Source: Parasitella parasitica NRRL 2501 (taxonomy: Eukaryota; Fungi; Mucoromycota). From it: a stretch of 64,000 bases of DNA. The notes under the pieces are model-generated. The model worked only from the letters and a program-made list of their open reading frames with translations. It was not told the DNA's origin and made no database searches. The number at the start of each line of letters is the position of its first letter. Position 1 is the first letter of the stretch. This document shows, one piece after another, positions 35,137 through 48,948 of this stretch. Location of the stretch: positions 84,609 through 148,608 of the forward strand of contig MU619320.1 of NCBI GenBank assembly GCA_025201805.1, in the 5' to 3' direction. The position numbers were made by a program, and so were the translations under genes.

Positions 35137-38100
35137 TTATTTAGCTCCAAGCACTTCTCTAGCTATTTTACACGACCATTGCACTTTCTCTAAATCAGGC
35201 TCATCGAGGCCGGTGTGCTTGCCACGGACAACGGTTTCCAGCATGAAAAACTGGCAGCCTTGTGCCAGTGTACGCAGCTCAATGACCTTGGCAAACACAT
35301 TGGCAATCGACTGTGCACCGCCAGCATGCAATTGTAGTAGTAGATTTGCAAATAAAATCTCCAAAAAAATGCGGCCATTGCGTTGTACAGACATGAAATT
35401 GACACTCTTTAAAACTGCTAATGTAAGCGCTCCATCTGCAATCAAGGATGCGTAGAATTTGGCCGTGTTAGACAATCTACTGACTCGAATATGCTTGCCG
35501 CTTTCTTCCTGAACTGCATTTTCTGTCACACTTCTCTCCAGCCCGCCAACTTCACTTTCGCCACATTCTCGGAGAAAATCCCACAGACAATATTGAAAGG
35601 TCACCTTGAATGAATGGTCCACTTGACATAGCCGTTTACTCACAAGCATGTAATATGGGTTGAACGTTTTTTCCTATTTAGAAGGAAATCGGTTACTTGT
35701 CTATTACTGTAAATAAAGAAAAACACACAAAAAAAAAAAAGCGCTTACATTGCCTGTACACTGTAACATGACACGACAAATCTCACGTTGCTGAACTTCG
35801 CTTAGTCCTAACTTCATGAGCTTCTCAAACGCATCAAGATAATCCTAGATTCATAAATATTGTTATTACATAAAGATATCACAAAAAACAAATTCTCGCT
35901 GTTACCTCGGAACTCATAATGGTAACAAAGATAGTTCTACGAACATCTGTATTCATGCCCTGCTTTCTTGCAAGCTTTAATAGCGTCTCTTGAAGCGACT
36001 GATCCTTCTTTAAATCTTCGGGTATTTTCGCAGTGCTGTATTTGCTCGATGTACCCACCAGATTGTCCTTCCACGACGCACCCACCAGCCACCATTTACC
36101 CTTTGTTTCAACATGGCGGATATCATCTAAGCTGACACGCAATGGCTCTGTACTACGCACTGTACGCTTCTTAGATAATCCATTAAGAAACTTCTTCATT
36201 TTCGAAACCATTTCTTTCTCACTCTGCCCACCAGCAGTTCGTCCATTTTTTATCTTATTGTTCTTGATATTGGTAATCGTTTCAAGCATGAATTTGTGAC
36301 GAATGCTAGGGAAGAAAGTTTAGTGTTTGTGTGCTCGGTTATGCGTCTTTCTTTGCTTACGATATAGTTGCAGGGTCACGTTTAGCCGTTTCCTTTTGAA
36401 TCTCGTCAATAATTTGTTTTAGAGAGGTAGGGTCATCGCTACGCATCTCAGGTCCAGCAGCTGCAAGTCGTTGTTAGAGTCATTATCATAGCACATAGGC
36501 ACCCAGGCATACACACAACTTACTGCGGATAATTCGAAGTAGTAGCTCTACGCTGTTCTCATCCAAGTTTGCAATCAACATGCGCACCAAATCATAGATG
36601 ATGATACAAGATAAGACTTGGAAATTGTATAATTCCAATACCAAGGTCAGTAAATTCTTTGATTCTTTTAGACCCTCAGGTCCTTCCTCGCTATCATTGT
36701 CTCCACGTCGAATGGATTCTTTACATTTGTTATGTTCTTTTTCAAACATTTCAACCAGTGTTTGCACGAGATGTGCCGCTATCAAAGGATCACATTGTGA
36801 GTGCTGCGCTTATTTCATTCTATACCGTGATCTGCTTACCAAATTCAATACCAACCAAACGATAGAGACTAGCAATAATTGTAGCATATGTGATAACAAA
36901 CGAATCCAGCAGATTCGATTTTTGTGAGATAGAGGTTAAAACTATGTCAGTCAAAGTAGCAGTTACGTCTATTGAAGAGCACGATTAGATAAAGTTCATG
37001 ACATTCACAAAGAAACTGACCATGGCGAGGATATGTCCCATAGCAACTTTCGATTTCAAATAGGATACTCTCCATGTTGCTTTCACTCAGCCTGTTTAAT
37101 TGACCCATCAGTTGTTTATGCAGCCTCATTTGCATTTCTGATTTCCCTGCTGTTGTTTTTCTCAAGTGAGGTGGCACATATTTGGATAAAACATTGCTCT
37201 TTGGTTGCTCGGAAGCCTTTGGCGTCTCGACAATTTCCTTTTCTTCATTATCAGACTCCTCTTCATCATTATCAGATTCCTCTTCTGCATTATCAAATTC
37301 CTCTTCCAGTGCCATTTCATCACTGTTCACATCGTCTTCATCAATCAATTCAACATCATCACCGCTATCATCTATTTCGCTGTCGTCCTCGTTTAAAAGA
37401 CCTTCCATGTCATCATGCTCCTCTTCCTCTTCGCCTTCACTCTCCAATTCAGCAAACATATCATCCAAAGCCTCTTCTGCTTTCTCTTCCATTTCCACTT
37501 TCTTTTTTTGAGCGTTCTGTCTTTGCCTCTTCTTTCTGAGATATTCCAAATCATCATCGTTTTCACCTTCTTCACCCTCAATGTCACCGAGAACTTCCAA
37601 CAAACCATCTTCTCGGAATTCTTTACCCAAAGACTTGTCCTTCTTCTTATTGAGACCTAGCTTTTTTTCCCAGTAAGCAATATCACGGTCATCTTGTTCA
37701 AAATCTCCATTGTCGACAATAGCGTTGCCAGCTGCATTTTGAATCAAGTTGTCAGATTGCAATATCTTGTAAAGCCCTGGATTTGATTTCTCTAAACGTT
37801 GCATTGCTTCTGCTGAAGATTTTGTCTTTTTTGCGATTGGGGTTTCTACCTTTTCGCTATTATTATTTGTTAGTTGCATTTTTGTTTGTCCAGAAGTTTC
37901 TGTTGTCTTTTGACGTTTATTGTTGTGGTTTGATTTGGCTGGCTCCTCGATGGGTCTCTTTCTTTGATGACGCTCGGCACTACGTTTTCCTTTGTCTAGT
38001 TTCTTTTGCTTTCTTAACTCTTTGCGAGTAGTCGCTTTAATGGTGAATTTCTTTCCAAATTTACGACCATCAGTTTCTACATAAAAAGCGTCAATAATGG

Positions 38101-38241
38101 ACCAATGTCAGCTCATGTGGTGTAATATAATGTACCTTGTTCATCTAACTCTTCCTGCATAGATCGAGGAAGTGTTGAACCTGGAGTAGGCACATGTTTC
38201 CTAAAGCCTCCTTTTTTAAATGATTGATTTTGAGGCCTCAT
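35137..38241 (-). CDS. SGD1: Nucleolar MIF4G + MA3 protein SGD1/NOM1
   Basis: KYVPPHLR; GQLNRLSESNM; KFMLETITNIKNNK; KGKWWLVGASW; LARKQGMNTDVRRTIFVTIMSSE|DYLDAFEKL; long acidic stretch. Confidence 0.93.
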
Positions 38242-39057
38242 ACTTGTAGATTGGGAAAGAAAACTTGCGGTCAATAACTTGACCTTTTATTGCTTTGATT
38301 TACAAATAAAAACTTCTTTCGACAGTGACTGTAAATCATGTATCCTCTTGAAGCAGATTTGAAGGTTTGGAGATGTGTACAAGACCAGCTCAAATAAGAC
38401 GAGTGGAAAGTAAATTTAAAATAGGTGTTGTTCAGTGATGGTCTGAAGGTCCTCCTGAATCAAAAAAAGAAGCACTCGCATCAGCATATAATACATACGT
38501 CGCGCCAATGGGCTTTTTGAGCAGGATACATTACCGAATAGTAATAGAGAAAAGATCAAGGATTGTGAGGGACGGGTCAGACGGAATACAATGATATGAA
38601 TCAAGAGTTAATAAGCCTATATCAACAACAACTTGGTGGAGAGAAAAAGACAAAGGGTCGATAAGATAAGTTTGGAGTGTAGGGTATTGAATGTTCAGTG
38701 GCCTCTATTTACTTACAGTAAGAGTATTATTATTTTGCACTATCATTTACCAAAGAAAAATATTATGCACACATCAAAGTAATTTCTGTAAATCTACAGG
38801 TTCAAACATACCACCATTTTGATTATAGACCAAGGTGATGTATGCTCATCTGTTTCATTGTTTTATATTCTTAATAAATATCAGTAACTTCAAATATAAA
38901 TCCTACTGTACAATGTTGCAAATAGCAACACTTTTAAAACAATCTTAAAATTATTAAATGAATTAGAAATTTTTATACAAATAATAATTAAATGGTCTGT
39001 GTATATGAGTGTGTAAGATGTATGTAGTTTGGCTAAATATAGACATATTCTATTATT

Positions 39058-40585
39058 TTAGTAATAGTTTTGGTGTTGAAGATAGTTTTTGTATTGATAT
39101 GGCTGCTGATGGTGTTGGTTCTGGTTGTTGTAAGATGTGTTGTTGATACTTCCACTATGGCTACCAGTACTGCTATAGTATGGTGTGGCTGACCACGGTT
39201 GACTTTGAGCATTTGATGTTAACCCCACTTGATCACTAGAAACAGATGAAAAGCTGTTTTTTCTGTTATATTGTGATGCCAAATTCGAAGAAGACACTGA
39301 TGACGGGTAATAATTTGGCCTGCCAAAATTATTGTGTATGCTTCCTGTAATGCTTGGTTGTTGATGATATGGTTGATAGTGCTGTATAGGTGATTCTGTA
39401 CGGTAACTATTGTGCGAAGATAAGCTACTCATACCTATCTTAGGTAAGGTAGGCTCTGGCAGCGATTCCATCTCGATATCTTCTTTTGAAGAATTCTTGT
39501 AGCTTCGTCCTTTTTTGTTTTTTTCAATCCTTATTTTTGCTTGCTTTCTTAACAACTCGGCGATTCTATTAAGCATGTATTAGTAACATCAAATATAGAA
39601 ACTAAAAGAAAAAAACTACCTCTTATCCACTTTATGGCAGCAGTATTCTTTCAAGTTGCCTCGAATGTGGCACAAAACAGGAATGTAGATAATAGCGGCA
39701 GTGCACAATAGGAAAAACGAGATTGCAAATATAACAGTAGAAAAGATCATGGTGCCTGTCATGATTCGTTGAACATTGTTTTTGCCTAAACCGTCGTTTG
39801 ATATGATCAAACCATCATTGATTTGAATCCATTTTGGGATAATTGTAATTAGTGTAACAACATTAATAACTTGTCTAGGTGCTTCTGCCAAAAGCAGCTT
39901 TTTCCAACCTATATTTAAACAATTTCTGTAAATTAAGGTTCTGCACAAAAAAAAAAAAAAAAAAAAAAAAATGAATTACCTTTCAAAGTGAAAAATACAA
40001 AAAATGCAATAGAGTCAAACTGTTTTCTTGAGCGATTAATTTTGCCAAACAAGCAAAAATATTTATAATCGTTGGCTGAATACCATCGATTTGCAATTAC
40101 AGAAAAAAAGGCGTACGAGATATCCCTTGATTCTACAATCCCCCTAGCTTTTCTGATATCCCAGAACAACAGCACAAACGAAATAAGGATAGCACCCAAG
40201 AAAATCCATTTCGCAACATCTGGGGGAATAGATGCATCCGCATTGATACTTGAATTTCCAATCACCAAAAGGGATACTACATGTTGATGAATTATTATCT
40301 CGAAATGTCTCCAGCTCTATGTCTGCTTTACTTTACCCGCTGTCCATAAATCTGCCACATACACTAAAAAGCCTTTCAACATCAACACAAACATAAATAT
40401 GTAGCTGATTCGTACAGGGCAGGATGGATCGTAAAACTCATTCATGTCGATAAAATCAAATTTATGATCTTTTACTACTTCTCGCTTCCATTTGGGCCCT
40501 TTGTTTTTGTTTCCACCACACTATAAATGAGAAAAAGATTATTAGCCCTGATTGGAAGATTTCCGCAACCTACTGTGGTTACCAT
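39058..40585 (-). CDS. Kch1/Prm6-family membrane protein (putative K+ transporter / vacuolar membrane protein)
   Basis: M|CGG..KWKREVKDHKFDFID..VYVADLWTA; KWIFLGAILISFVLL; FFVFFTLK|GWKKLLLAEAPRQVIN; LKEYCCHKVDKR|IAELL. Confidence 0.85.
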
Positions 40586-41362
40586 ATTTTTAAATTTGCA
40601 AAAAGAAAAACTGAAAATAAAGCTGCTGGATGTATTCAGGGCAAGTAATTGATCAATAGTCTAATCTGCTTTTTTTTAATTTTTGATTTTTTTTTTCTTC
40701 TTCTTCGAATTGAAAGAGCAAAAGTACCACAAATTAGGTACGAAGCAATTAAATACTCCCTTTTTTCCATCCAACCATTATTCTCAGGTCCTATTGAAAG
40801 GAGAAGGTAATAAGGCACGAGAAATCTTATGGCGGGGTTCCTGTGTAAAAATAGACAATGTAAATTAGTAAATTGAAGGACTGTCCAAGATACATTAGTA
40901 GAATAAAGAGGCATTGTTTGTGTGTTTGCACTTGCATTATTGTCTCCATTATTGTTTCTTCCGCTACTTAGGCTTATTGTACGAATAATATTATCATTTG
41001 TTTTTCTAAGAAAGAAGCCATCAGATGATTCTTCATTGCAGTCATAAAGTGCTATTCTCAAAATACTAGTCTATTACCATGGAAACCAGATAACACTACA
41101 AAAAGCAGAGATGGAGTTGTATAGACATCATACAATTCAGGAATCGTTCAGGGCAACCTAGCAACAGATGCAATCTCGGTATCAAACTATCGTATTAAAG
41201 TTTCTAAAATCTTCATTGATAGGAAAAAAAAACGTATAAATGGTATTTATTGCGCGAATTTTTGAGAAAACGAACATTTTGCACTCTTATTTTAATGTGT
41301 AAAAGTGCTTGGTATTTGGCACCGTTTTTGTAAAAGCTGTGCCCACATTCTAATCAATCACA

Positions 41363-41386
41363 TCACGTCATTTACGAATACGTGGC
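41363..41386. promoter_or_regulatory. Candidate unfolded-protein-response elements upstream of HRD1
   Basis: TCACGTCA (= TGACGTGA on the - strand) at 41363-41370 and TACGTGGC at 41379-41386, 91-114 bp upstream of the HRD1 ATG. Confidence 0.55.
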
Positions 41387-41476
41387 GGGTATTTCAATGA
41401 TGCAGACTTTACTAATTAGCATTATATCCTTCCACTCTTTTTTCTTGTTCAAAACCATTATAACAATATTTACAAA

Positions 41477-43662
41477 ATGAGATTGGCCGTTTATGGCTGT
41501 GTATCCTCTATACTGGCTATAGGAGTGGTATTCTCTGCAATGCATCAACGCTCTAATTTTTATGCTGCTTGTATTTATCTTTCAAAGTCAAGTGCTTGTA
41601 TGATGGTAAGTATTTCTGGGCCACATTTCTAAACAAATGAATATTCACAACTTATAGATTTTATTAAACATGGGCTTTATTATATCAGTATTATTTGGCA
41701 AAGTATTACAAGCTGTTTTTTTTGGGCGTTTGAGAGCAATTGAAGTTGAGGTGATTGATATAGCATGATTAATTCACATTTTAGCTTGCTAACTTTTCTT
41801 TTGATGTATATAGCACTTGTACGAAAGATCTTGGTATGCAGTAACAGAGACATGCTTAGCAATGACCATATTCCGAGAAGAATTCGACCTTCAATTTATA
41901 GTTGTGTTTACGACATTGCTATTCTTGAAAATATTTCATTGGCTATGTCAAGATCGTGTTGAATTCGTAAGCAAAGTACACTTCATCAATGCAGCATTTG
42001 GCTAACTAGCTTTACAGATGGAACAATCTCCAGCAAACCGCGTTGTATTCCATGTTCGCATAATTAATCTATTAGCGATATTGTTGCTGGTTGATTCATT
42101 GTTGGCTAACCATGCTATTCATGTTACCCTCACAAAGGGTCCAAACATGATGATCATGTTTGGATTTGAAGTAAGTCCTTTTGTATGTTTAACTAAGAAG
42201 GGCGCTAACTTGAACATAGTATACTATTCTAATATGCTCCATCTTGTCGGTAATTGGAAAATATATACTTAATGTGATTGATATGAGAACAGAGCAAACT
42301 TGGGAAGGAAAGTCTATGTATATCTTCTATCTGGATCTTGTCACAGGTAACCTGTAACATTGAAAAAAACAAAAAAATCAACACCCAAGTACTAAACGAT
42401 GTCTGGTATACTAGATTTCTTCAAATTGGTTACCTATCTCGTTTTCTTTTTATACATTTGCTTGAACTATCAACTGCCACTACACATTATTCGAGATGTC
42501 TATGTTACTTTTAGGTCGTTTATTCAGAAATGCAGAGATCTTTACCGTTACCGCCGAGCAACTCGCAACATGAATGAATTGTATCCAAATGCAACTGCCG
42601 AAGATTTATCTCGATCAAGCGACAGCACCTGTATTATCTGTAGAGAAGAAATGCAAATAGTAGACACAAATTTGGATGACGATAACCCGGAAGCAGCAGC
42701 TTATAGAGGTGACAATGAACAAAGTTTAGATCAGCCAAAAAAACTACCTTGTGGTCATATATTTCATTTCCATTGTTTGCGTAGTTGGCTTGAGAGACAA
42801 CAAACCTGCCCAACTTGGTAAGCGTAGTATCATCATTTAAAAGAATAAATCATTAACACCCTTGCATAGCCGTCGCTCCGTATTAACTGAAACGAACGAT
42901 CAAACTCAAACGCAACCTCAGGATCAGCAGCAGCCTCAGGATCAGCAGCAGCCTCAGGATCAGCAGCAGCCTCAGGGTCAGCAGCAGCAGCAACAGCAGC
43001 AACAGCTAAATCAGCCGCACGAACAACATTACCAACAACAACAGCAACCATTTGCGCAAACATTATTCAATCAAACGCCTATTAACTCGCATCATCATCA
43101 GGCAAATCCTTCGTCATCTTTAAATATCCTTACACCATCTAACCAACCGAGTATTATACCTGGTTTGATTCCCTTGATTCCCTTAAACCCTCAATTATAT
43201 CAAGAATCACAACAAAATGGACAAGAAGGAAGCAGAGTTCCGATTGATTTATCAGATGAAGATTTGCATATTTTATCAACAACGACAAGAGAAGGGTTGG
43301 AGCAAAGATTGAGGATATTATCTAGTGTGGATGAGCAAATTGCTGATTCTATAATCAGGTTGACAAGAGTGTTGAGTGTGATGCCTGCAGAAAAAACTAA
43401 GATAAATTCACAGAGCAGCCAAAATCTTTCAAATGATGCTAGTACTGGCTTGCCTTCTCATCAACAACATGCTAACGATGATTCTGATAATGTTTCACAG
43501 AATCAAGCTACTGGATCTACAAGTATGGCAGCTGAACTAAATGATAATGATAGCCAAGCAACAAAAGTACAAGGAAGTGAGGAGCAGAACGAAAAAAAAC
43601 ACAGTATTAGTGATAGAAAAAGAGAAAAAATGCCAGATTACACTGCTTCTTCTACAGAATAA
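41477..43662 (+). CDS. HRD1: HRD1 ERAD E3 ubiquitin ligase
   Basis: MRLAVYG..RSNFYAACIYLSKS; FFGRLRAIEVE|HLYERSWYAVTETCLAMTIFRE; RING-H2 [35 protein letters not shown]. Confidence 0.96.
42916..43005 (+). repeat. Coding 18-bp tandem repeat x4 (PQDQQQ) running into poly-Gln
   Basis: cctcaggatcagcagcag x3, then cctcagggtcagcagcag, then a CAG/CAA run. Confidence 0.95.
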
Positions 43663-44208
43663 GGACAAACTGATATCTAATGATAATAAAATAAAGGGAA
43701 TTTTAAATTACCCAGTTGTACATGTTATTGTTTATCGGTGTGCATACAGGGATTTGCGTTTGCGCACTTTCTTGGTTAAATTTTCCACATTATGATAGTA
43801 TTGATGCTTTGATTTCTGAAGTTTTCGAAGTTAAACGAACTAATCGGTAGTAGTAAATTGAAGATGTAATAGATTATCATTAGAGGAGTGAGTGGCTATT
43901 TGCGTAAGAGGTCGCCATATGATTAAGAGTGGTACAATACAGAGATTGAAAATCTTCGCTTATATAGTGCACATTAGAATGATTATAAGATCAATGCACA
44001 AATTTGTAACTGATAATTTAAGTGAGGAAGATTCTTCTTCAGAAACTATACTGCTTACACAAATGAATTGAACAGAATCTAGTGTTTCAAATGACAGTAA
44101 TATTTCGCACGGACACGTGATAGCACTTCATCAACGTAATAACACTACTTGTTCGTCTTGCAAAACATCTTTCTCTTTACTTCTCTCTTAACATACAGTC
44201 AATTGATT

Positions 44209-45329
44209 ATGTCCTCATTCATTTTGTCTACGGCAGGAAAATTTGTCCACAGAGGCAATTTCAAGGTAAGATCTTTAAAGTTTAATCATTTGAAACTAAC
44301 TCGATCATTCTGTATACACAGAATCAAGTCAGGAACCTCTCAACAGTAAGTAATCGCGATGTATAAAAGTTGGAGGAAAAAAACTCACATAATTAATATG
44401 ACTTAGATTGATAATGTGAAGCGTATTGGTGTTATAGGCTCTGGCCAAATGGGCCTTGGTATTGCCTACGTGGCAGCGAATGTCACTCGTCTGCCAGTCG
44501 TTTTGATGGATATTAATCAGGCTCAGAATGAAAAGGGTTTACAATTCATGGGTAAATAACAATATGGATTTAGGCATATTGAAATTTAAGGCCCATTAAT
44601 TAATCTGCTTATATAATAGATAAGCTCTTGGCAAAGGATGTCGCAAAAAACAAGATTACTGCAGAACATGCCAAAATCACTAGAGAATTGGTTTCCACTA
44701 CCACTCAAATGTCTAATTTGAGTGATGCCGACTTTGTCATTGAGGCAGCCTCCGAGAATTTGAACATCAAAGCCGCTATTTTCCGTGATCTCGACCAAAT
44801 CTGTAAACCTGACAGTATTATGGCTACCAATACTAGCTCTATTAGTATCACCAAAATTGCAGCTGCAACAAAAAGAGCCGAGCAAGTGATAGGTATGCAT
44901 TTCATGAACCCTGTACCTGTAATGAAGCTTGTGGAAATTATTCCTGGCTTGGCTACCAGCGATCGAGTGCTCGAGCAGACTCGTTCTCTTGCTACTGCTA
45001 TGGGAAAGACATGTACTGTTGTTCAAGATATTCCTGGGTTTGTAGCCAACCGACTTTTGATGCCTTATATAAACGAAGCATTCATGCTTTTGGAATGCGG
45101 TGCGGCTTCAGCTGAAGATATTGATACCACAATGAAGTTAGGCACTAATATGCCAATGGGTCCTTTGACTTTGGCAGATTTCATCGGCTTAGACACTTGT
45201 CTTGCCATTACCAAGGTTCTGTACGAGAATACTGGTGATTCAAAATACAGATCAAGCGTACTACTTCAAAAATATGTCGATGCGGGTTGGATGGGAAAGA
45301 AGAGTGGAAAGGGCGTATACACTTATTAA
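44209..45329 (+). CDS. 3-hydroxybutyryl-CoA / 3-hydroxyacyl-CoA dehydrogenase, probably mitochondrial
   Basis: Presequence-like N-terminus; IGVIGSGQMGLGIA Rossmann motif; VIEAASE; ATNTSS; GMHFMNP; PGFVANR; PMGP..LADFIGLD; GKKSGKGVY; three introns. Confidence 0.94.
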
Positions 45330-45446
45330 ATACATGTCAAGTCTCTACCAGCAGTTTTGTTTTACAAGCAGTAGAAAAAAATTTATTGTAACCAAAACCA
45401 TATACAGTAATAATGTAAAATAATAAATAGATTTTTGTGAAATGTA

Positions 45447-48400
45447 TTATTGTTGAGTCGAAGGAGCGAATTCTACGAGCGCCTTTTTGAAACTGGTGCC
45501 CTGCCATTGTGTTAGAATGGGGTGTGCCATTTCTTGCAGTTTTGTAATCTCATCTGATGATAGATATTCGCTGGAAATGACTTTTAGTACAAAGTTCAAG
45601 CCACGGGCTTGATCCGATAGTACTTCTGTCATGGTTTCCGTATTGTTCAATGCTTCATAAAGACATCCCCGTGCCTCAGGATCATTGTCTTGATTTATCA
45701 GTTTAAGCATGATTTGAGAACCAAGTTTGTGTGTTGCTACTTGTACCAAGCAGGGAGCTAATTGGGACGCTAAAATAGATAGACGATTTTCTAATGCAGA
45801 GCAATCAATAAGCCATGATACCAGCAAAGAGCCGTTGGGATGGGTGGCCAAAGAAACTGCGTTTTGTAACAATGCAGCAGCGATGAAAATCTGCTGTGAG
45901 CTCGTAATCAAGCTGCCCTCAAGAATGCCTCGCATAGCTCTTGCTCCGAAGCGGCCTTGAGCAATGTGTAAGGATTTTTCGACCATGGCGTTCATAATGA
46001 ACTGGGTATCTCCATCCAATCGCAAACAGCATTGAACGACATAGTTGCCATATTGATCTAGCAATAGGGGTGGTATAAAAGGTTGAATATGTACACATAC
46101 TATTTGGATCTACAATAGACAAAGTTTAAATCAAAACATGATGATGATTATCCATTGCAATTGTACCTGCTTCTTTGTATTTAATGAATCGATAATTTTT
46201 TGTGCGGCCCATGTTCCATTTTTATGTACTCCCATTGCTGCAAGGTGGGGTGCAATTATTTGCAACATGTCTGTTTTGACATTTTCAGAACACTTTTCAA
46301 ACAACCTTTGAGCGACTGTATTTCCGATATAATCTGTAGCAAAAAATAAATGAATTGAATCAATACCTTGTTTACCACACTATATATAAGATTTACCACT
46401 ACAGATTTCTGCAATTTCATCCATACAATCCAAAGCAATGGCATCAGCTTCTTTACAGCTATCCTTTGATGTTAGACCATCTAATCTTTTCCTAATATCT
46501 CTTAGCTTGGCAGCATCGAGGCGTCTTTGAGATCCATATTCAGGAACAGGAGGGATTGATTCAAAATAAGATGATGATTGTAAAGCTATTTGGAATATGA
46601 ATTACGTAAATCAGCGACTCTTAATATTATTAACTTACATTTGACTAGCTCCATGGCTGTATCTGACGCATTCAAACGCTTCATGATGCTCCACAGTTCT
46701 CTGTTTGTTTCTCCATCCAACAAGTCTTCATTGGAGCATGATTTTGGTAACAATTTGCTGTATGCATTTGACGATTTACTGTTGATTGGCACCTTTGCAA
46801 ATCCTATACGGATACCCCATAACTCCTTTACGTTGGAATTATTGTGAATAAGTGCATCTTTTGCAGCTTTTGCACTTTCTTCTTTCTCGTAGTTGATGAA
46901 TGCACAGTTTTTATGAGATAAGACACGGACAGACTCAATAGCACCAAACGAGGAAAGAGTTTTCTGCAAAGCAGACTGTGAAATTCCCGAAGGTACATTG
47001 CCTAGCCCTATATTTATTGATCAGAACACTTTATTTAATGCTGAAAAGAATAGTGATCAACACTTACATAATGCTCGAGTCGGCTGTGATACGACTGACG
47101 TTTCAGTGACACTTGTAATAGGCGGTACTACATTTTCTGCTCTACCATATCCAATTCGAACGATGCAAGCTCCTACTCTACCTCCCAGGTTCGTCAAAAC
47201 ATCGTCTTTAGCTCGTACTGCATCTTCCACGTTGTAAAAATTGATAAATGCGCACTCTTTTTCTAATAATAGGCGCACGCTCTCGATTGCGCCATATAGG
47301 GAAAACAAGCTGGATAAACTATCCATAGTAACTGATGCATCTATATTTCCAACCCATAATGATCTTGATGCTTGTGCTTGTTCTCTTGTTGCCATTGTTG
47401 TTGCTGCTGCCGTGGTTGTGATGTTGGAGGTGGCTGTGGAAACTTTTGCCATGGAAATTTGTTCGGCGTTTGTAACTGCATGAGTAGTAGTAGTAGTAGT
47501 ATTATTGATCTATGACAGCGTCAGCATGACCTTATTAGAAGAATTGGTGTGTAAACTTACATCTTTATCTGAATTCACACTATCACCGCTAACGTATAGC
47601 ATGTTTGTCAATAGTTCAGAATCACCCAACGACAGCGAATGGCCTGATTGACTGTTATTTTCTTCGTTAGACTCATAAATTGAATCATCTTCAAGTGTGC
47701 CTAATTGCATTTTCCATAAAGAGGATAATCCAGGGGGTGTATTCGTGTTATAATCCATTTTTCCCATACTAGAGGCTCTTGGTCTATTATTGCTCATATG
47801 TCGATGGTTGTTATTATTCAATAATATAGATTCCATAGATGTTGAAGATAGAGAAAACCCGTTCGTTAACGGTGTTTGCTGATACATGGCAGCATTGTTT
47901 ACGGAATAGGATCTACTCCTTAATGTATTTCTTTGCTGTAACAAGTTTGCGGATGGTGATCCTCCTGTTGGTGGCGTTGCGATTGAATTTGTTGCAGATG
48001 ATAGTGATGAACTGCCGCTGCCATCTTTGTCATCATCCAAACCAATCGATCTTAAAGTGCGAGCAATGTCGTCTCCTTGCTGTAATAACTGTTCCGTTGA
48101 TGGAGAAGTAGGCTCCGCTGTGGATGGTCTCCAACCAGCATATGACGGAGGAACTGGCAATGTGAGAGATCCTGAACGATGTCTATGGATGCTATTTTGA
48201 TTGATCACTGGAAAAGCAGGTTGCTGTAGTTGTGGTGGAGTTGGCTGGTGGTCCATGTATATCACAGAGGGCATAGTACCCGCACGGGCACGTCTTAATG
48301 GAAGCAGTGGAGTTCGTGTTTCCATAGTTCCTGTGTCAACAGGAAATAATTTACTGCTTGAATATGGAACATTCAACATATTATCAAGGTAGCCATAATT

Positions 48401-48563
48401 ATAATCTGCCGGGTTTGTCGATTCTTCAAGAACAATATCCAAATCTCTATCATGATATATTAAGATTGCTGCATCTTTGAAGCGCTAATCAGTCAGTATT
48501 TTATTACCTTGGCGAGTGAAATGAAGCTGTGTTTGGCTGTCGTTCTTTTTTAATATGATGCAT
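45447..48563 (-). CDS. JSN1: JSN1/PUF2-like Pumilio protein with two RRMs
   Basis: RARAGTMPS; two RRMs (SLWVGNI..IESVRLL..CAFINF and ALWLGNV..KNCAFINY); PUF repeats GNTVAQ, GTWAAQK, GNYVVQ, GARAMR. Start exon MHHIKKE inferred. Confidence 0.88.
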
Positions 48564-48577
48564 AAATTATTCTGTAC

Positions 48578-48581
<4 letters not shown>

Positions 48582-48639
<58 letters not shown>
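48582..48639. repeat. 58-bp poly(dA:dT) tract just upstream of the inferred JSN1 start
   Basis: Uninterrupted A run. Confidence 0.95.
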
Positions 48640-48641
<2 letters not shown>

Positions 48642-48948
48642 CAAAGTAAAAGAGGAGAAGCTGTTAGCATATCTCGTTTTTAAGGGGTCGTATCTGATGG
48701 TCTGGATAACCACACCCCGCTTTCACACACACGGAATGAATAAATAGTGTTTCAACATCTCGAGCTGATAAGCTGTTAGTTCAACTGTCCATTCCTAACT
48801 GCACACACTTGTGAACTACAATGCTATCTCGCCTCTTAAATTTAGGATTTAGGAATAAGTCTCTTGATAAAGGTGGCAGAGATGGAACTATAGAAGATTC
48901 TACTGAAATGACAAGTTGTTTATGTTACAATCCTTTATTATCATGTAT

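Noticed and set aside
42916-42987. CRISPR-like array
   Set aside because: No unique spacers; a coding tandem repeat in a eukaryotic gene.
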